DNA of 64,000 nt. Source: Octopus vulgaris. Taxonomy: Eukaryota. Below the pieces are notes generated by a model. The model was not told where the DNA came from. It saw only the letters and a list, made by a program, of their open reading frames with translations, and ran no database searches. Numbering within the stretch: the first letter of the stretch is position 1; each line of letters starts with the position of its first letter. Where the stretch lies: contig OX597841.1 in assembly GCA_951406725.2 (NCBI GenBank), positions 17,050,001-17,114,000 of the forward strand, read 5' to 3'. Positions 1 through 13,039 of the stretch are shown piece after piece. The translations under genes were made by a program, and so were the position numbers.

Positions 1-339
1 ATATGTATGTGCAAACATATACGTGTGTGTATGTGTTCTTCAATTCAGCGCTTACTGTGGGCTGACTATGAATATATGTTTCTTTATGTGTATGTGTGTG
101 TGTATGTATGTTCAATCAATTATGTGTACACGTATATGGGTGTGCGTACACATATACACAAACGCACATGCCCACACACGAACACGCATAATTGCTTACA
201 CACGTGTATATGTAAAGTGCGTGTTCGTAGGTATGTTTGGCTGTGTGTACGTAGGGCAGTGTGTCTGTATGTGAGTGTGAGCGAGTGTGTATGTTATTGA
301 TCTCTATGTTATTGGGATCGATAAATTGAAATAAATGTT

Positions 340-479
340 GATAGACAGGCTGACAGGCAAACAGACACAGATTGGTAGATAGATATATGTATAGATAGAT
401 AGATTGATAGATGATTGGATGGATAGATAGATAGATAGATAGATAGCTAGATAGATAGATAGATAGATAGATGGATAGG

Positions 480-517
<38 letters not shown>

Positions 518-647
518 TGTTTCTTTATTAGCCACACAGGGCTGCACACAGATAGAACAAATTACAAGGTAGAGCTTTTCTTTTGAAGTAGATAGATAGA
601 TAGATAGATGGATAGATAGATGGATAGAGAGATAGATAGATAGATAA

Positions 648-688
<41 letters not shown>

Positions 689-842
689 GAGGTTGGTACA
701 GAGATAGGTAGATAGAGAGAGAGAGGGAAAGAAAGAGAGATAGGTAAGTAGGTTGGTGAGTAAGTAGATAGGTAGGTAGGTAGGTAGGTAGGTACAGAGG
801 TAGGTAGATAGATAGATAGAAAATTGAGTCTGCTAGATAGAT
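340..842. repeat. (GATA)n/(GGTA)n microsatellite tract with an embedded LINE 3' end
   Basis: Tetranucleotide repeats are directly visible. Confidence 0.95.
518..588 (-). mobile_element. 5'-truncated (~70 bp) 3' end of Tx1/L1-like LINE inside (GATA)n
   Basis: Same sequence as 13114-13180 and 40729-40800, and related to 40226-40280. The minus strand ends AATAAAGAAACA followed by (TATC)n; GATA repeats lie on both sides. Confidence 0.7.
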
Positions 843-860
843 GATCACAACACATCTTCC

Positions 861-900
<40 letters not shown>

Positions 901-970
901 CACATACATATGTATAAACATTATATATATATATATATATATATATATTTGAACATACATATGTATGAAC

Positions 971-1016
<46 letters not shown>

Positions 1017-1615
1017 TACATGCATCCATTACATCTATATCCCTCTATATATTCTTAAACGCATTCCAATAATGGATTATGTATATATTATTGAAGAACC
1101 TTAATATATGGTTACAGTGTCATTGTTCCTACACCCTGTGCTCCACACCCAGCGTTCGAATCTCGCTAACGCCGCCAAGAGAATGTACAAGTAAAATAAT
1201 ATATATATATATAACTAAGTAAATAGATAAATGAACAAATCGATAGCTAGACTTACGCGGGTCGAATTATATTGGAAATTGATTTCGTATTTACAGATCT
1301 AAAGTGGTGCTTATATATATTACCACTATCAAAAAAAAAAAAAAAAAAGACATACTCCATCCAGTGAAAGATAAATAACATTTAATACACACAGCATTTA
1401 AATTTGAGTTTCTAATAGTTTCATGCTCTGGAGACACGATAATTCAGCAGATCTCAATAACGTACCTCGTTTCTACGAACAAGCCTTCATCATCCTGTAT
1501 GAAAACTTGGGCGCTGGACTCAACAAGAGTTCCTTTTGTTTTGTTTCGTTTTTTTTTTTTATCTTTCTCCGTGTTTTTACCTCTCTTTCTCTCCATTCGT
1601 TTTCTCTCCTCATTC

Positions 1616-1651
1616 CTTTCTGCTGAAGAGCATTGGCTCAAAACATCAAAC
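1616..1651 (+). ncRNA. Degenerate PLE-type hammerhead (core CTGCTGA, G12 mutated)
   Basis: CTTT-CTGCTGA-A-GAGC attg GCTC-AAAAC-ATC-AAA; homologous to 10404-10444. Confidence 0.4.
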
Positions 1652-1729
1652 ACTCTTCTATTGTTCTTTCGTTTGTCTCCATCTTTTGCTTTCGGTTTTT
1701 AAGGCTTTTTTGAACAATTTTAAACCATA

Positions 1730-2098
<369 letters not shown>

Positions 2099-2183
2099 TA
2101 GAGAGAGAGCATTTTGCTCTCATGTGTTTATTTCCTCCCTGCCTGAGGTTACCGTGGTCTTTTCTATAGGCTTTTCTTTCCAC

Positions 2184-2363
2184 GGCGATTTTTTTTTCCT
2201 CTGTCTTCCCTTCTCTGGATCTTTCCTTCTCCTATGTTTCCGACGAAGAGCTCCGCTCGAAACGTTAAATCCTCCTTCTTTCCTTCTTTCCTGAGCGTCC
2301 AATAATACTATATTTCTTCCACGCCCTCGCGTTGTTGTGATTTTTGTGCTTTCTTGTTTGGAT

Positions 2364-2369
<6 letters not shown>
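2184..2369 (+). mobile_element. PLE terminal-repeat fragment, family 1 (HHR-bearing), ending at (TA)n; fused at its left to a Tx1-like 3'UTR piece (2125-2185)
   Basis: Homologous to 3974-4170(-) and 34873-35046(+); contains an HHR fold at 2236-2270. Confidence 0.7.
2236..2270 (+). ncRNA. Minimal type-I hammerhead ribozyme fold (U4C core variant)
   Basis: GTTT-CCGACGA-A-GAGC tcc GCTC-GAAAC-GTT-AAAT: stem I, stem II, palindromic stem III (AACGTT), GUU cleavage triplet. Confidence 0.65.
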
Positions 2370-2443
<74 letters not shown>

Positions 2444-2582
2444 TGTATGTATGTATGTATGTATGTATGTATGTATGTATGTATGTATGTATGTATGTAT
2501 GTATGTGTGTGTGTTAAATAAAATACGATGATAAGGCCAAGGCAGTGTGATATTTCTAGGACATATATAAAGAGAAAGGTGG

Positions 2583-2628
2583 CTTTACAGCTGTTTCTGG
2601 GAAATAAATGATACCTCATCTTCAGACT
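2583..2628 (-). ncRNA. Degenerate PLE-type hammerhead
   Basis: Minus strand: CTGAAGA-TGAGG...CCCA-GAAAC-AGCT-GTA with palindromic stem III ACAGCTGT; stem I has decayed. Confidence 0.45.
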
Positions 2629-3930
2629 GCAGCAAAGAAGTGGTAGTCGACTTCTGGGAAGATAAGCATTGCTCGGATGGATAAGACTGTCCGTCTGTTT
2701 TAAAGTTCTATGGAAGCGGAATTGGACAATTGCTGATTGGACGGTGACGGTTTTTGACATGGCTGACTGGACATTCAGTCTGTTTTGGCGACAGTACAGT
2801 TTGGCGCTGGCAGCAAACACACACTCGTACACAAAACACACTTGCACGCACACGCATACACACAAAACACACACACACTCACGCTCTCACACACATACAA
2901 AACACACATGCACACACGCTCGTACACACATGTACACATAAATACACAAACACATACACACACACATAAACACACAGAAATATATGCACACATGCCGCAC
3001 ATACAGGCACACACGCGTGGGCAGAGATATACACATACAAAGCGAGAGAACGATAGAGAAGGAGACAGAGTGAAACCTTATACATACAAAATAATTAGAT
3101 GCTTACACATATAAACAGAGCGAGAAAGAGAGGGGGTAATAAAGAAAGAAAGAAAGAAAGAAATAAGGAAAAAGAAAGAAAAAAGAAGGAAAGGAAAAAG
3201 AAAGAAAGAAAGAAGGAAAGGAAAAAGAAAGAAAGAAAGAAGGAAAGGAAAAAGAAAGAAAGAAAGAAGGAAAGGGATGGTTCATTAAATAAAACTGATT
3301 AACTTAAATACTTTCTTTCTCATCAGATACTTAAAAGGAAATATAACCACACATCAACAGAGAGAAAGTGAAAGTAAAAATGATTACATACAGACAACAA
3401 ATGAAACTGGATGTTTACACACAAAAGTGAGAAAGGGAGGAGAGATATATTACAATTTATTAACAGAACTCGACTAATATAAACAAACACATTTCGTCTC
3501 CTACATATATCAAGAGATACGTGCCCAGACAGAAAAACATAACGAAGCAGTCAGACAGAAACGGTGTATAGTTGGAATTTACAAAAAAACAAAAGACGAA
3601 GACGGGTGTGTAAACAACAAACATTATATAGGAAAGTTTCTTCTCGAAGATACGTCGCGCTTTTATCCTTCGAAACGTAGAGTAGATGAAACCTTTAGCG
3701 ACTGAAGAAGGGGGTTTTTTCTTTGTGTTAATTGTCCTGTACTCTATTTTTTTGTTGTTTTAAAAAAATGTCCAGTTCCTTTGGTTTGTGTCTATGTTTT
3801 CGTTTCTCATTGTGTTCGACGTTTTTTTGGTGTCCTGTACTCATATATGCGTGTATATGTACATGTAGAGGTAGGTACGTACATATATGTTTATATATAT
3901 GCATATATTTTATTTTATTTATTAATATAT

Positions 3931-3963
<33 letters not shown>

Positions 3964-3973
3964 GTATATATAT

Positions 3974-4170
3974 AGTTAATCCAAACAAGAAAAAACAAAA
4001 AAACACAACAACGCGAGGACGTGGAACGAATAAAGTATTATTGGACGCTCAGGAAAGAAGGAGGGTTTAACGTTTCGAACGGAGCTCTTCGTCGGAAACA
4101 TAGAAGAAGGAAAGATCCCGAGAAGGGAAGACAGAGGAAAAAAATCGCCAGCGGTACTCACGAGGTCACA
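3974..4170 (-). mobile_element. PLE terminal-repeat fragment, family 1, with HHR at 4065-4099
   Basis: Reverse complement of 2184-2369. Minus strand GTTT-CCGACGA-A-GAGC tcc GTTC-GAAAC-GTT-AAAC; flanked by (TA)n. Confidence 0.7.
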
Positions 4171-4173
4171 TAT

Positions 4174-4228
<55 letters not shown>

Positions 4229-4230
<2 letters not shown>

Positions 4231-4510
4231 AATGTAATATGTGACAATTATTCGGTAGTCAAGATAAAACTCTGAGTTTCGGATGCCGAGATGGAAATCC
4301 ACACCACCATCTCTTCAGTGATCCGGCCATCTTCAGTTATCCGGATAACGGAAGGGATAGTGTTGTGGATTTCCACCTCGGCATCCGAAACTCGGAGTTT
4401 TATCATAGCTACCGAATAATTGTCACATATTACATTTAGAGATAAATTCCTCTTTTTACATAATATCGAGGTCTCTTCCTTTCTTTTGTTATTTTACCGT
4501 GTTAACAATA
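4229..4510. mobile_element. Inverted (head-to-head) PLE terminal repeats, family 2, two HHR folds (4263-4323 -, 4344-4404 +)
   Basis: ~90-bp inverted arms (4229-4320 / 4347-4438) around the palindrome GTTATCCGGATAAC. Consensus GATAA-CTGAAGA-GATG...CATC-C-GAAAC-TCGGA-GTT-TTATC. Flanked by (TA)n. Confidence 0.7.
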
Positions 4511-4525
4511 TATATATATATTGTA

Positions 4526-4923
4526 GGCGTAGGAGTGGCTGTGTGGTAAGTAGCTTGCTTACAAACGACATGGTTCCGGGTTCAGTCCCACTGCGTGGCA
4601 CCTTGTCTACTATAGTCTCGGGCCAACCAAAGACTTGTGAGTGGATTTGGTAGACGGAAACTGAAAGAAGCCCGTCGTATATATGTATATATATATATAT
4701 GTGTGTGCATATGTTTGTGTGTCTGTGTTTGTCCCCCCAACATCGCTTGACAACCGATGCTGGTGTGTTTGCGTCCCCGTAACTTAGCGGTTCGGCAAAA
4801 TAGACCGATAGAATAAGTACTAGGCTTACAAAGAATAAGTCCTGGGGTCGATTTGCTAGACTAAAGGCGGTGCTCCGGCATGGCCACAGTCAAATGTCTG
4901 AAACAAGTAAAAGAGTAAAGAGT
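4526..4923 (+). mobile_element. SINE-A (tRNA-derived, CORE-like), near full length
   Basis: A-box-like TGGCTGTGTGG, B-box-like GGTTCAGTCCC, internal (TA)n(TG)n, 3' end GAAACAAGTAAAAGAG; more than 20 copies or fragments in the window. Confidence 0.9.
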
Positions 4924-4939
4924 ATATATATATATATAT

Positions 4940-5135
4940 TACGGAGATGTACTTGCATAGCAAGTGAGTTGATCTGAGATCGTGTGCTGAAACGAAAACA
5001 ATTGCAGCGTGGAAGGTGTTTGTAAGCCATTTAAGAAACACACAAAAACCGTTCGATTCACTTCAACATTTAAGTTTAATTTGTCAAAATATTTTCGTCG
5101 CTTAAGACCGCGACCTGTTCACTGACAAAAATCCG
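4940..5135 (-). mobile_element. PLE-like terminal fragment, family 5, with G3:C8 hammerhead fold at 5080-5129
   Basis: Homologous to 15750-15880; abuts (TA)n. Minus strand TTTGTCA-GTGAACA-G-GTCGC ggtcttaa GCGAC-GAA-AATATT-T-TGACAAA. Confidence 0.65.
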
Positions 5136-5139
5136 TATG

Positions 5140-5189
<50 letters not shown>

Positions 5190-5192
<3 letters not shown>

Positions 5193-5585
5193 TTATATAT
5201 AAAAGGGAGGTTGTGTGTTGTCTGTCTCCTACGATTTAGATTCCTAACTACTCCCACATTTTGCGGTGCAGTTTAACCAAAACCGGGTATCTTATAGTCG
5301 TGATTCATATCGAGCCCTTCGGGGTATTAGCGCGCGTCTACGATGAGTCTAAGATTTAAAAAAAAATTTACAATCAATTTTTCCCATTTTTAATGCATTT
5401 TTGGCATATATAAGGGAAGTAACTCTCTAAAAATTTATTATTACATCTCAGAACGTATAAAAGCTACAGTAACACCCCCCTTTGTGGTCAGCCATATTGA
5501 GATGGCTATTATACTTTACATCTCTAAAAATGCTTATATAGTTATTTCCCTTACAAACCCGAGCAACGCCGGGCGATACTGCTAG
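5190..5585 (+). mobile_element. Complete non-autonomous Helitron (~396 bp)
   Basis: 5' A|TCTTTATATATAAAA; subterminal hairpin CCCG-AGCAACGC-CGGG (5558-5573); 3' CTAG|T; inserted at an AT dinucleotide within (TA)n with no TSD. Confidence 0.85.
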
Positions 5586-6054
5586 TATATATATATATAT
5601 ATACACATACATATATGTATGTATGTATGTATGTATAAGCCAATGATAGTGATAGCAGCCTTGTCTCCCTCAAATCACACTCTACTCATGTTTCTATATG
5701 ATTAGGAATGAGCCAAGGAGGCAGTCGTCTGGATCATGGCGAGACATGTTAGGCATAGAAAGACGAAAGGGGAGCACGTCATGCAAAGTATTCCGACATG
5801 CGCCATTTTGAATAATCAAGTACACACGCAAAACACACTGTTAAGCACATAAATAAATAAATAAATGAACAGACAGATAAATGAACGGAGATGCCATCAC
5901 TGAGAGTACATTGACCCGGGGCTAAACAACGACTGCAACAACAACAGCAACAACAACAAGAACGAGAAGAACAAACACGGACAGCACCAATCACCTAATG
6001 AAACAGACCGATCAGACGGTGCAACAGGAAACACATCGAACTCCAACAACACCA

Positions 6055-6066
6055 AGAATAATAGTG

Positions 6067-6106
<40 letters not shown>

Positions 6107-6333
6107 TCGCAATAATAATAATAATAATAAAAATAATAATAGCAATAATATAATAATAATAATAATAATAATAATAGCAATAATAATAAAAATAATGTAA
6201 ATAATATTAATAATAATAGAAATAATAATAGTAAGAATAATAATAATGCTAATAATATTAATAATAATCGAAATAATAATAATATCAATAATGAAAATAG
6301 TAATAATAATACTAATAATACTACTACTACTAA

Positions 6334-6364
<31 letters not shown>

Positions 6365-6500
6365 GTTATTAATAATAATAATGCAACTATTACACTTACT
6401 ACTGCTAATGTAACTGCTACTACTACTACTACTACAGTAATGCTGATAATCGTAGTAGTAGTAGCAGTTGTAGAAGTAGTAGTTGTGGTGGTGGTGGTTT
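6055..6500. repeat. Compound trinucleotide tract (AAT/ACT/ATT/AGT/GGT)
   Basis: Directly visible. Confidence 0.9.
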
Positions 6501-6569
6501 CACCCACATGAAGGCATGTAGAGCGTCATCAGTGTTATAGACGGCGGCTACAGCAATCAGCTAATGGAC

Positions 6570-6595
6570 AGGATATATACATACGTATATAAATG

Positions 6596-6634
<39 letters not shown>

Positions 6635-6717
6635 GTGTGTGTGTATATATATATGTGTGTGTGTGTATACATGTCTGTGTGTGAACATGCATATATACCT
6701 ATATACATTTACATATA

Positions 6718-6756
<39 letters not shown>

Positions 6757-6908
6757 CTCTATACTGATATATATATAGATTTACACACATACATAGATAC
6801 ATGTACACAGTTATGTATATATATGTAAATATGCGTACAAACATATATATTTGTGCGACCATGTATATGTATAAATTTGTAGATATATACATAAGAAAAT
6901 ATATGGAA

Positions 6909-6986
<78 letters not shown>

Positions 6987-7691
6987 TTATATATATATAT
7001 TTATATATCATATGATATCTATAATATATATGTACAGTACATATATACATATGTGTGTATGCGTATATATATATACGTTATAATATATATAATATATATA
7101 TACATTACATATAAACATATATATGTGTGTGTTTGTGTATATATATATTATATATAGTGTGTATATAATATATATGTATATATATATATATATGTGTGTA
7201 TATATATATACATACATACATACACGTACATACATACATATTTCAACGTCTATAAATATATATATCAATATCATATATATATATATATATATTTATATGT
7301 ATACATGTATGTATATAAGTAAAATGTATTTATAGATAAATACATACCTCGCCACACACACACACACACGTACACACATATCCACACACATCCGCATACA
7401 CCTATCTATCCAGACAGCTAGTTACATCACTGCCATTAACTGTTGGTCTTTCTTTTTACCACGTGATTTTTACGTCAGGTTTTCAGCTGCGAGAGCGTTC
7501 CATGTGTTTCGCTATCGCCATTTTGTCTTTATTTTCCCCTTTTGTTTATTAATCTTTTTTCAATCAGTTCGTCTAATTATTCCACATAATTTTCTATTGG
7601 TGTGATTGCATATTTGCTTGTGCTATCGTTGTTGTTGTTTTATTGGTTTGTATAAATGTTTCCGTCTTCGGGTGTGTGGGTGTATATATAA

Positions 7692-7723
<32 letters not shown>

Positions 7724-8260
7724 GTAGGTATGTATGCATGCATGTATGTATGTATGTATGTATGTATGTATGTATGTATGTATGTATGTATGTATGTATG
7801 TATGTATGTATGTATGTATGTATGTATATATGCATATATGTCTGTATATATATATATGTATGTATATATATATATATATGCATGTATGTATGTATATATA
7901 TATATATATATATGCATGTATGTATATATATATGTATGTATGTATGTATATATATATGCATGTATGTATGTATATATATATGCATGTATGTATGTATATA
8001 TATATATGCATGTATGTATATATATATATATATATATATATCTGTGGGGGTGTATATGTCAGTGTATGTGTATATGTGTGTGTGTGCGTGTGTGTGTCTG
8101 CGTGTATATATGTCTATGCATATATATATATATAGTTATATATAATATAGATAGGTAGATAAATAGATATATACATTTAATTAAATGTGTGTGTGTGTAT
8201 GTGTATGTACACAAATGTGATGTAGAAAAACGATATATCATGAAATTCAACCCGCTCTAT

Positions 8261-8300
<40 letters not shown>

Positions 8301-8450
8301 ACACACAAGCAGACATATATGAAGACGTATATATATATTTATGTTCATTATGTTCATATGTTCATAAACAGACACACACCTATTTGCATAATTACATATA
8401 TATATATACATATATGTGTGTGTGTGTGTGTGTGAGTGTGTGTGATTGTG
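6570..8450. repeat. (TA)n/(TATG)n/(CA)n microsatellite field with a short unique island near 7410-7680
   Basis: Directly visible. Confidence 0.9.
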
Positions 8451-8630
8451 TTCTCAATAGTCATTATTTTAAAATGTATGCTATAAGCAAACTATTCCGT
8501 GATTCGCTTAGTTAACATGTTCCATTACATCATATCACTTAAAATCTGGTTGTGGAGAACTCTGGAGTATAGCTGTCCTTGAAAATTCCTACCTGCCGTA
8601 TCATATATATATATATATATATATATATCT

Positions 8631-9020
8631 TTGATGGAAGCACTCCGTCGGTAACGACGACGAGGGTTCCGGTTGATCCGAATCAACGGAACAGCCTGCT
8701 CGTGAAATTAACGTATAAGTGGCTGAGCACTCCACAGACACGTGCAACCTTAACGTAGTTCTCGGGGATATTCAGCGTGACACAGAGAGTGACAAGGCCG
8801 GCCCTTTGCAATACAGGTACAAACAGAAACAGGAAGTAAGAGTGAGAGAAAGTTGTGGTGAAAGAGTACAGCAGGGATCACCACCATCCCCTGCCGGAGC
8901 CTCGTGGAGCTTTTAGGTGTTTTCGCTCAATAAACACTCACAACGCCCGGTCTGGGAATCGAAACCGCGATCCTACGACCGCGAGTCCGCTGCCCTGACC
9001 ACTCGGCCATTGCGCCTCCA
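8631..9020 (-). mobile_element. SINE-B (tRNA-derived), full length
   Basis: Minus-strand head GGAGGCGCAATGGCCGAGTGGTCAGGGCAGCGGACTCGCGGTCGTAGGATCGCGGTTTCGATTCCC with A/B boxes; near-identical to 53992-54379. Confidence 0.9.
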
Positions 9021-9026
9021 CATATA

Positions 9027-9072
<46 letters not shown>

Positions 9073-9075
<3 letters not shown>

Positions 9076-9469
9076 GCAGGAGTGGCTGTGTGTTAAGTAG
9101 CTTGCTTACGAACCACATGGTTCCGGGTTCAGTCCCACTGCATGGCACCTTGGGCAAGTGTCTTCTTCTATAGCCTTGGGCCGACCAAAGCCTTGTGAGT
9201 TGATTTGGCAGACGGAAACTGAAAGAAGCCCGTCGTATATATGTATATGTGTGTATGTGCTTGTGTGTCTGTGTTTGTTCCCCCAACATCGCTTGTCAAC
9301 TGATGCTGGTGTGTTTACGTCCCCGTTACTTAGCGGTTCGGCAAAAGAGAGCGATAGAATAAGTACTGGGCTTACAAAGAATAAGTCCCGGGATCGATTT
9401 GCTCGACTAAAGGCGGCGCTCCAACATGGCCGCAGTCAAATGACTGAAACAAGTAAAAGAGTAAAGAGT
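9073..9469 (+). mobile_element. SINE-A, full length
   Basis: Matches the SINE-A consensus, including the CCTTGGGCAAGTG CORE-like motif. Confidence 0.9.
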
Positions 9470-9724
9470 GTGTATATATATAAATGGAACAAAAACGCAA
9501 TGGACGGCATTAAATCGTTCAGACAGATAGACGATACAAGGCGGACAAGAGAAACAACAATTAGAAGAACAGGCAAAAAAAAAAGACGGGTCGTTCCTGG
9601 ATTTCTTTCGTCAGTCAAGTTCCAGAAGTCACGACCATTTCGGGCAGTTACACTTGATATATATATATATCTATATCTATATATATATATATATTGGAAA
9701 AATAAGAAAATATATACATATATA

Positions 9725-9880
9725 TTGTTTTTTTTTACTCGCCTTTACCTGTTTCAGTCATTTGGCAGCACCGATGCTGGAGCTCCGCCTTTAGTCGAAC
9801 GAATCGACTCCAGAACAGTTACGAGGAAGTAAACATACCAGCATCGGTTTTCAATCGACGGTAGAGGGAATAAAAACTCA
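9725..9880 (-). mobile_element. SINE-A 3' half, degenerate
   Basis: TGTTTCAGTCATTTG...GCTGGAGC...CCTTTAGTCGA is the reverse complement of the SINE-A tail. Confidence 0.7.
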
Positions 9881-9886
9881 CACCAA

Positions 9887-9936
<50 letters not shown>

Positions 9937-9962
9937 AGATATATATGTATGTATAGAAATGA

Positions 9963-10370
9963 GTGTGTGGTAAGTAGCTTGCTTACCAACTACACGGTTC
10001 TGGGTTCACATACCACAGTGTGGCACCTTGGGCACCTTGGGCACCTTGTCTGCTAGTATAGCCTTAGGCCGTCCAACGCCTTGTGAGTGGATTTGGTAGA
10101 AGGAAACTGAAAGAAGCCTGTCGTATATATATGTTTGTGTGTGTGTGTGTGTGTGTGCGTACTTGTTTGTGTGTCTGTGCTTGTGCCATCAACTATCGCT
10201 TGACAACAGATGTTGCTGTGTGTACGTCCCCGTCACCTAGCGGTTCGGCAAATGAAGCCAATAGAATAGCCACCAGGCTTACAAAGAATAAGTCCTGGGG
10301 TCGATTTGCTCGACTAAAGGCGGTGCTCCAGGATGGCCGCAGTCAAATGACTGAAGCAAGTAAAAGAAGA
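9963..10370 (+). mobile_element. SINE-A with triplicated GGCACCTTG
   Basis: Matches the consensus; the 9-mer is repeated three times at 10022-10048. Confidence 0.85.
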
Positions 10371-10399
10371 TATATATATATATATACACACACACACTA

Positions 10400-10529
10400 A
10401 CATGTCTTCTCTACTGAAGAGCTTACGCTCGAAACGTAAAAGACTTTTTTCATTTTGCCTCAAAATGATACACCTGACTGTTGTTCATACACCAGTCTTC
10501 GTCTTTTGTTTTTCTATAAATTTCGACTC
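10400..10529 (+). mobile_element. PLE terminal fragment, family 1b, with HHR-like fold at 10404-10444
   Basis: GTCTTCT-CTACTGA-A-GAGC ttac GCTC-GAAAC-GTA-AAAGAC. The same 3' end (CCWGTCTTCGTCTTTTG...AAATTTC) recurs at 3570-3622(-), 16043-16097(-) and 40988-41030(+). Confidence 0.55.
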
Positions 10530-10557
10530 TCTCCCTCTCTCTCTTTCTCTCCCTCTC

Positions 10558-10601
<44 letters not shown>

Positions 10602-10705
10602 TATATACACATATATATACATACATATATATACACATATCTATATACTTATATATATACATATATATACATATATATCTATACATATATATCTATACAT
10701 ATATA

Positions 10706-10743
<38 letters not shown>

Positions 10744-10934
10744 TATATACACACATATATATACACATATATATATATATACATATATATATACATGCAT
10801 ATATATGTATACATACACATATATATATACATATATATACATACATACATGTATATATACATACATACGTACATATATAAAATATATTTATATACATGTA
10901 TGTATGTATGTATGTATGTATGTATGTATGTATG

Positions 10935-10966
<32 letters not shown>

Positions 10967-11303
10967 CACACATGCATATACATAAATACGTTCGACAATT
11001 ATACTTCCAATCAGGAAATTTCTTTCTGTTGAGACAAAACGATGGTGTGTCTGCCAATTTTCAAAGGAACCATTTGTCTTACCATTACAGTGAGATAAAG
11101 ACAGATTTCTCATTTGTACAATTCGTCTCGTAATTTGAATCTCATTCAGCCATTCTCATTCTCTATCTCTTCTGTCTTTTCTGTTACGTTTCTTTCGCTG
11201 TCACAGAATATGTGAGCATGTGAGCAGCGCCGGTTTATACTATTCGTCTGCCACCAAGCCTAGTATGAGCCTTCTGATGTTAGCTCTCTGTCTTTTCCCT
11301 TAT

Positions 11304-11342
<39 letters not shown>

Positions 11343-11409
11343 CTCTTTGCTCTGTAATGCTTGACTGGCGATTCATCAAACAAATCAAGCCATATTTATA
11401 TCGGTTCCA

Positions 11410-11930
11410 ATCATCATCATCATCAATATCACCATCATCACCATCAACATCAACTTGATCAGCAGCATCATCATTACCATCATCATCATCATCATTATCA
11501 TCGTCATCATCATCATTATTATCATCATCATCTCCATTAACATCAGCATCGTCTTCGCTATCATCATCTTCACCTTGATGATGATAATGATCATCTTCAT
11601 CATCACCATCGCCATCATCGACATCATCATCAGCGTCGTCTTCGCTATCATCATCTTCACCTTGATGATGATCGTCATCATCATCATTATCATCATCATC
11701 ATTATCATCATCATCATTATCATCATCATCATTATCATCATCATCATTATCATCATCATCATCTGCATCAACATCGTCTTCGCTATTATCATTTTCACCA
11801 TCATCAGCAGCATCAACTTGATGATGATGTCGATAAGGATGGTGATGATCATCATCATCATCACCACCATCATCAGCAGCAGCAGCAGCATCGACATCAA
11901 CATCAGTATCATCATTATCATCATCATCGA
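11410..11930. repeat. (CAT)n-based tract with higher-order repeats
   Basis: The motif CGTCTTCGCTATCATCAT recurs near 11550, 11635 and 11775. Confidence 0.9.
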
Positions 11931-12095
11931 CCGCTGGAGAGTACCGCTTCGAGCTCTCTAACTCACAGGTCCCGTCACCCGGATTCCATGGTGTACAAGT
12001 AAACGCGATCACAACCCTAACCGCCCCAACCACACACACACACACCAACACCACCCCATCCTACCCTGAACGAGACACTAGTCCTTCGCAGGGTA

Positions 12096-12142
<47 letters not shown>

Positions 12143-12435
12143 GTGAATGGAAGAAATGGAGTTGAACGAAGATTGTACAGAATTCCTTTTATTACATTCT
12201 ACACATGTTTCAAAGGCCACATTCACTAATTATATTAAACTTCACTAATTATATTAAACTTCAATTATCCGCACCAACGCACAGTTGCAACACCATGTTA
12301 TCTCCAACCGTGTTTTTTTCTGCTGTGATTTTTGCTACCCAGGTATCGGTTAAACTTTTGAATAATCTGTAACAAGAAAATTCATCTTTCCATTTCAACA
12401 AATATATATATATATATATATATACCTTAAAACAA

Positions 12436-12545
12436 CGTGAAATGAAGTGTTTCGCTCAAGAAAAGGAGACATTGCCGGCGCCAAGAATCGAAACCAATAT
12501 CTCGCGATCGTCAGCCGATCACCGTTACCACGAAGCCACGCGCTT
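12436..12545 (-). mobile_element. Degenerate tRNA-derived SINE head (SINE-D-like)
   Basis: Minus strand GCGCGTGGCTTCGTGG...GGTTTCGATTCT...CTTGAGCGAAACACTTCATTTCAC. Confidence 0.55.
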
Positions 12546-12619
12546 CCCATTTCCAATTACAACGTAATTAATTAAATATACACATGATAGAAATACATTA
12601 ATGAGTGTTTAATAAGCAG

Positions 12620-12751
12620 ACGTGTCTGTGCGGTAAGAAGTTAGATGGTTCCAGGTTCAGTCCCTTGCGTGGAGCGCTTTTACTCAAGCCTCGGGCTGAA
12701 CAAAAACCTTGCGAGTGGATTGGAAGATGGAAACTGAAAGAAGCCCGTTGA

Positions 12752-12782
<31 letters not shown>
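12620..12782 (+). mobile_element. SINE-A 5' half, degenerate
   Basis: GGTTCCAGGTTCAGTCCC...GGAAACTGAAAGAAGCCCGT. Confidence 0.7.
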
Positions 12783-13001
12783 ACCTAGTGGGCGAGAAGA
12801 GGACAGTTCACTTGAATAAACAGAATTAGATGACAGTGAAATATATGCATCGTATTTTTTATCGGCAAATAGACAGACAGACGGACGGATGGACAGACAG
12901 ACAGATATGTAGAGAGATAGATAGATCTATAGATATGTAAGTAGATAGATATGTAGGTAGGTAGATAAATAGATATGTAGATAGATAGATAGATAGATAT
13001 G

Positions 13002-13039
<38 letters not shown>

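Noticed and set aside
8940-9020. tRNA genes at SINE heads (also 28313, 28634, 54300, 25190-25262)
   Set aside because: A/B boxes are present, but there is no closed acceptor stem and the heads mostly continue into SINE bodies.
11925-12100. Possible small coding exon (STAGEYRFELSNSQVPSPGFHGVQV…)
   Set aside because: No recognisable homology and no convincing splice sites; cannot be supported without transcript data.
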